Shown here one piece after another: positions 58,410 through 64,000 of a DNA stretch of 64,000 nt. Origin of the DNA: the human T2T-CHM13v2.0 reference genome, Homo sapiens; NCBI RefSeq assembly GCF_009914755.1, contig NC_060933.1, one strand, 5' to 3'. The position numbers were made by a program, and so were the translations under genes. Position 1 is the first letter of the stretch, and each line of letters starts with the position of its first letter. Under the pieces are notes generated by a model that saw only the letters and a list, made by a program, of their open reading frames with translations, made no database searches and had not been told where the DNA came from.

Positions 58410-60020
58410 GGGTGTACATTATAGATAATATGGGGGACGGGGCAGGGGGTGCACTTTATAGATAATATGGGGGGGTGAGACAGGGGGTGCAGTTTATAGA
58501 TAATATGGGGGACGGGGCAGGGGGTGCACTTTATAGATAATATGGGGGGGTGAGACAGGGGGTGCAGTTTATAGATAATATGGGGGGTGGGGCAGGGGGT
58601 GTAGTTAATAGATAATATGGGGGTCAGGGCGGGGGTGCAGTTTATAGATGATATGGGGGTGGGGAAGGGATGCAGTTTATAGATGATATGGGGGTGGGGA
58701 CAGGGTGCAGTTTATAGATGATATGGGGGTGGGGACAGGGTGCAGTTTATAGATAATATGGGGGGCGGGGCGGGGGTGCAGTTTATAGATAATATGGGGG
58801 CGGGGCGGGGGTGCAGTTTATAGATAATATGGGGGCGGGGCGGGGGTGCAGTTGATAGATGATATGGGGGTGGGGACAGGGTGCAGTTTATAGATGATAT
58901 GGGGGTGGGGACAGGGTGCAGTTTATAGATAATATGGGGGGCGGGGCGGGGGTGCAGTTTATAGATAATATGGGGGCGGGGCGGGGGTGCAGTTTATAGA
59001 TAATATGGGGGGCGGGGCGGGGGTGCAGTTTATAGATAATATGGGGGGCGGGGCGGGGGTGCAGTTTATAGATAATATGGGGGCGGGGCGGGGGTGTAGC
59101 TTATAGATAATATGGGGGCAGGGCCAGAGTATAGTTTATAGATAATATGGAGGCGGGGCGGGGGTACAGTTTATAGATAATATGGAGGCGGGGCGGGGGT
59201 GTAGTTTATAGGTAATATGGAGGTGGGGTAGGGGAGTGCAGTGTATAGATAATATGGGGGGCGGGGCAGGGGGTGTACTTTATAGATAATATGGGGGGCG
59301 GGGTAGGGGGTGTAGTTTATAGATAATATGGGGGCGGGGCAGAGGGTGCAATTTATAGATAATATGAGGGTGGGGCAGGGGTGCAGTTTGTAGATAATAT
59401 GGGGGGCAGGGCAGGGGGTGCAGTTTATAGATAATATGGGGGTGGGGTAGGGGGTGTAGTTTATAGATAATATGGGGGCAGGGTAGGGGGTGTAGTTTAT
59501 AGATAATATGGGGGTTGGGGCAGGGGGTGCAGTTTATAGATAATATGGGGGCAGGGTAGGGGGTGTAGTTTATAGATAATATAGGGGTCGGGGCAGGGGG
59601 TGCAATTTATAGATAATACAGGGGTGGGGTAGAGGGGTGCAGTTTATAGATAATATGGGGGTGGGGTGTAGGTGTAGTTTATAGATAATATGGGGGCTGG
59701 GGTAGGGGGTGAAGTTTATAGATAATATGGGGGTGGGGTGGGGGTGTAGTTTATAGATAATATGGGGGTGGGGTGGGGGTGTAGTTTATAGATAATATGG
59801 GGGTGGGGTGTAGGTGTAGTTTATAGATAATATGGGGGTGGGGTGGGGGTGTAGTTTATAGATAATATGGGGGTGGGGTGGGGGTGTAGTTTATAGATAA
59901 TATGGGGGTGGTGTAGGGGGTGTAGTTTATAGATAATATGGAGGGTGGGTTGGGGGTGTAGTTTATAGATAATATGGGGGGTGGGGTGGGGGTGCAGTTT
60001 ATAGATAATATGGGGGGTGA
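58410..60020. repeat. Minisatellite, 35-38-bp unit (G-runs + TGCAGTTTATAGATAATATG), ~44 copies by length
   Basis: Direct reading. Confidence 0.97.
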
Positions 60021-61458
60021 GGGCTGTGGAACCTTCCTCTGTATTCAGTTCCCAGGAGCTTCTCCAGATGAGTTTCCTTTGCCCGGGGGTGCCAGGCCTG
60101 ACGGGGAAGGGCAGGGGGTGGGACAGGACCTGCCTGGACTCCTGGAGAGGACTCTGATGTCTTCTGGGGAGGGGGCACAGAGTCAGTGGCCTGGCTTATG
60201 GCCTGGGGGCCGTTTTGCAGATGAATAAGCTCAGACTTAGAAGGTGTGGGTTCCTGGTGTCACAGGCTGGTGAGGAGTGGGGAGACCAGGCCTGGGAGTC
60301 CTGGCCTGTCGGGTGGGCTTCACTGACGAGGGATGGGCCGGGCACGGAGATGCTGCTGGCTATGGCGGACTGCACTCGGAGTCCTGTCGCTGGGGAAAGC
60401 AACCCTGCCCGTCTCTTGCCACCGTCAGGGGACGGTGTTCAAAACTGGGTCTTTTCTCAGCCTCAGTGGGCTGGAGGGGTCCCAGGCTTTCTAATGCAGG
60501 GGCTTTCTGCCCAGGGCAGGCTCTGAGGACCAATGTTCACCCTACAACCGTGGTGGTGGGCAGCTCGCCCCTCTGTGAGCAGGCAGCACCCACGCTGGGA
60601 GGTTCTGGACCCCGGCCTCCGCAGCCCATAGGTTTCACCATTACCCTGAAAATCTCCTTGCTCACCAGTGATAAAGGAAAGCAGCTCCGAAGTGCAGACA
60701 CCCGCTCCCTCTTTCTTTCCTTTTCTGGCTGCCCGGATCTCCAGTTCTGCTGGGACAGCCCTGGGAGGGGCAGCCCAAGCCAAGCCTGCATGTGCCCCCG
60801 CCCCTGCACGTCCCCCCGCCCCTGCTGGGCCTGTCCTTGCACGCCCTGGGCCCCTTCACATGCATACGCTCCCACCTCCCCTTCCTGCAGCTAGGGCCTG
60901 GCCGATTACAAACAGCTGCCTAGCCCTCAAGCAGGATTTGCAGGCCCCGGAGAGGGGCTATAGTCCGAGGGCAGTGTGGGCCTAAAGGCATGTCGGGGGT
61001 CTTAATGGAAGCCGACGCCCCTCTTGTACCCTGCCCGGCTTCTGTCCCCTGGAGGGTGGCGGGGGGTGGGGCAGGCACCCTGTGGTTGTGCGGAGAGCAG
61101 CTGGGAGGCTCTGGCTCCAGGCCTGGAGGGGAGGGGCTGCTGGGCTCCAGGTGGGCTCTGGGGTCCTGGCCCTCTTCAAGGTCTCTCCGGAGCCCGGAAA
61201 CTGAAATGTCAGTTAAGGTAGAAATTCACATGAGACATACGAGGGAGGGGTTTGCTGAGACTTTTCTCTGCAGGTGAAGAGTAGGACTCTCTGGGACTTG
61301 TCTTCTTCTGACCTGACCCCAAGTGCCTTCACACTGTGTTTTATCCCGATGGCCTCTGTGTAAGGCAGGAGGTGTCATCCCATTTTACAGGTGAGAAGCA
61401 GGCTCAGAGGCCCTGCAGCTAGGAAGTGGCAGAGTTAGGCCTTTAAAATAGCCTTTGA

Positions 61459-62064
<606 letters not shown>

Positions 62065-63049
62065 TCAGCAGCCTCTTCCAAAGCCCACAGAGCCGTGGGC
62101 TCCACAGGCGCCCCGAGTACCGTCCTCGATGAGATCTGCGGATTAGATCTGGAGCCTGTGCCCAGCTGTGTGTGCACTGTTTGCTTAAGGGGGTGAGCTG
62201 CCCTGGTCTGAGTCAGTTTTTCCATTTTAGCGGGAAGGAAAGAGTGATAGGGGAGGATTATCGCCAGGTAGGTGCTGCCTGTTTAGTTTCAGCCGACACA
62301 CGGCCAAGGAGAAATGGGGCCCAGCAAGCCAGATGCTATAGCAGATAAGGCGCAGGCGGGCCAGGGGTAGAAATGGACCAGATGTTTCAGGAACTGAGCT
62401 GGAATAGCATCACAAAACCCCTCCTGGGTCAGGGACCTGGGCCACGATCCACATCTTTAAACCATCAGCATTTCAGAAAAGAAAAATGCAAACTCTGAGA
62501 GAAGCAGTGCCCCAGGCCTGATTTCCAAGTCCACCCTTTATCCTATTAGCAGAACGATGTGTTCTATGTGCCATGAGAGTCCTCAGGTTTGCCAAGGACC
62601 AGGCTCAAAAGAGTTTTACTCTTGGTTTTCACTTAAAATGGACCATGAGTCCTAAAGAATTGTCAAAGTCCTCTGAAGATTCGCTACCTGGGTAACTCAC
62701 CTACGCCTACTGTATGCCCCAGACAGATTCTATTAGGAAAAGTTAGGAAGTTTCAATTTATTAGAAACCAGTGGAATAGAGATGCTGCTGCATATGTGGT
62801 CTTAGGCATTTCTAGTTTCAGGTCACCTCAGTAGCCAGAATTCACTGTAAACAGTGGTAACCCAAAGCCCTAGTTCATGCTCATGACATCAAAGCCTCGA
62901 ACTTCAGTGTCTAGCTAGAGACCAGTGGTGGGAGTGGTGCCCCTGGAGGTTAAGGAGGGTATTGCATCCCAGCTCTACTAGACATTGTGAAAACCTAGGC
63001 TTGGCCTGGGTTGTACTAGAGTACTCATGGTGCGACCTCAAAACCATAA

Positions 63050-63140
63050 CTTTCTTCTGTGCCTCAGTTTCTTCATGTGTAAAATGGAGCTGATGATGTC
63101 TCTCTACCTCATAGATTTGTGGTGAGCATCTAAGGAGGCA
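63050..63140 (+). mobile_element. MIR fragment
   Basis: tctgtgcctcagtttcttcatgtgtaaaatgga...tacctcatagatttgtggtgag. Confidence 0.7.
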
Positions 63141-64000
63141 CAGTTTAGATCTCTATAGAAACAGGCAAGGTCTCTTTGAGTTCTTCTTGCATCTCAGAGT
63201 GCCTGCCACTGTGAGGTGCTCAGTGAATGGTCACTGGGTTGAATTGTGAGTGCTTTGTAAACTCAGAGGGTGCTGACCAGCCCAGAGAATTGCTATGTTT
63301 TGAAGTAGCTCTCTGAAGTGGGGTGGAGAGCAGATGTTAGAAGCTGTGAACCATGCACCTGGGTTCTTTTAGGGGAGGATGGAAGGTACCAGAAGAGTGA
63401 TCTCAGCTTACCACACCCACCACTGGCTGGCAGAGGTGGGGTATGCTGGGTTTGCTGACCCCAAAGAGGCTGGGTGGGAGAGGAAGCCGAGAGTTGCCTA
63501 GGGTGGCCTGGGGAGTTTGGTTGGGGAAGTGTCGGGGACACTATTCTCGGTGCTGCATCCAGGGAAGCTGCCCATCAGCCTTCCTTGGATTGGGATCTTT
63601 GGGATCAGGGATTCACTAATTGTCCCACATCTGACATTAATCTGGGCTCAGCCATGTGTTGCTGAGCTTCACACAGCTGTTTGCACCACCCCAGATCTTT
63701 CAAGGGGTCCCCAAGCAGATGACCAGTTTGCAGCAGGGCGTGTGTGTGAGGTACAGGAGCCTCCAGTCCTGTGGGCAGATGCTGACGGATGGGCTGATGG
63801 CTCCCAGCACCAACTGCTTTCTGTCGGTGACTTTCACTCCACCCACCAGTCCTGTGAGGTCAGTACGGTTCTCCTGACTCTGTGAGGACGTGCCCAGTTG
63901 ACTTGGCCAATAGGGAGCAGAGCTGAGACTTGGTGGCTCTCTTAGACGCCAGTGTCCCCTCTGTGCTGCACCCATACCCCCCTCCCCATGCAACCCTGCC

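Noticed and set aside
58410-60020. CRISPR-like look of a constant core with variable spacers
   Set aside because: The spacers are variants of one G-rich sequence rather than unique; the context is eukaryotic and no cas genes are present.

Overview
This is primate, almost certainly human, genomic DNA covering the 5' end of COL5A1 (collagen alpha-1(V); 9q34.3 by recall). The only supportable coding sequence is exon 1 (ATG 43559 to splice donor after 43667). It encodes the signal peptide [36 protein letters not shown] and lies inside a TATA-less CpG-island promoter. The ~43 kb upstream is intergenic, with Alus, old L1s, MaLR/ERVL/ERV1 LTRs, MER DNA transposons and MIRs. The ~20 kb downstream is intron 1, with three large G-rich VNTRs, an MLT2A LTR and an L1PA 3' end. 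Nearly all long ORFs in the track are artefacts of simple repeats or high GC. I see no convincing new biological system. The best leads are regulatory or structural: a 3-codon uORF in frame with the COL5A1 start, a sense MLT2A1-like LTR in intron 1 with DUX4-like motifs and a splice donor, VNTRs that multiply GATA and Sp/KLF sites, a motif-dense MER41-like LTR in a nested insertion stack, and a duplicated L1 junction. Repeat subfamily calls come from remembered consensus sequences, not from a search.
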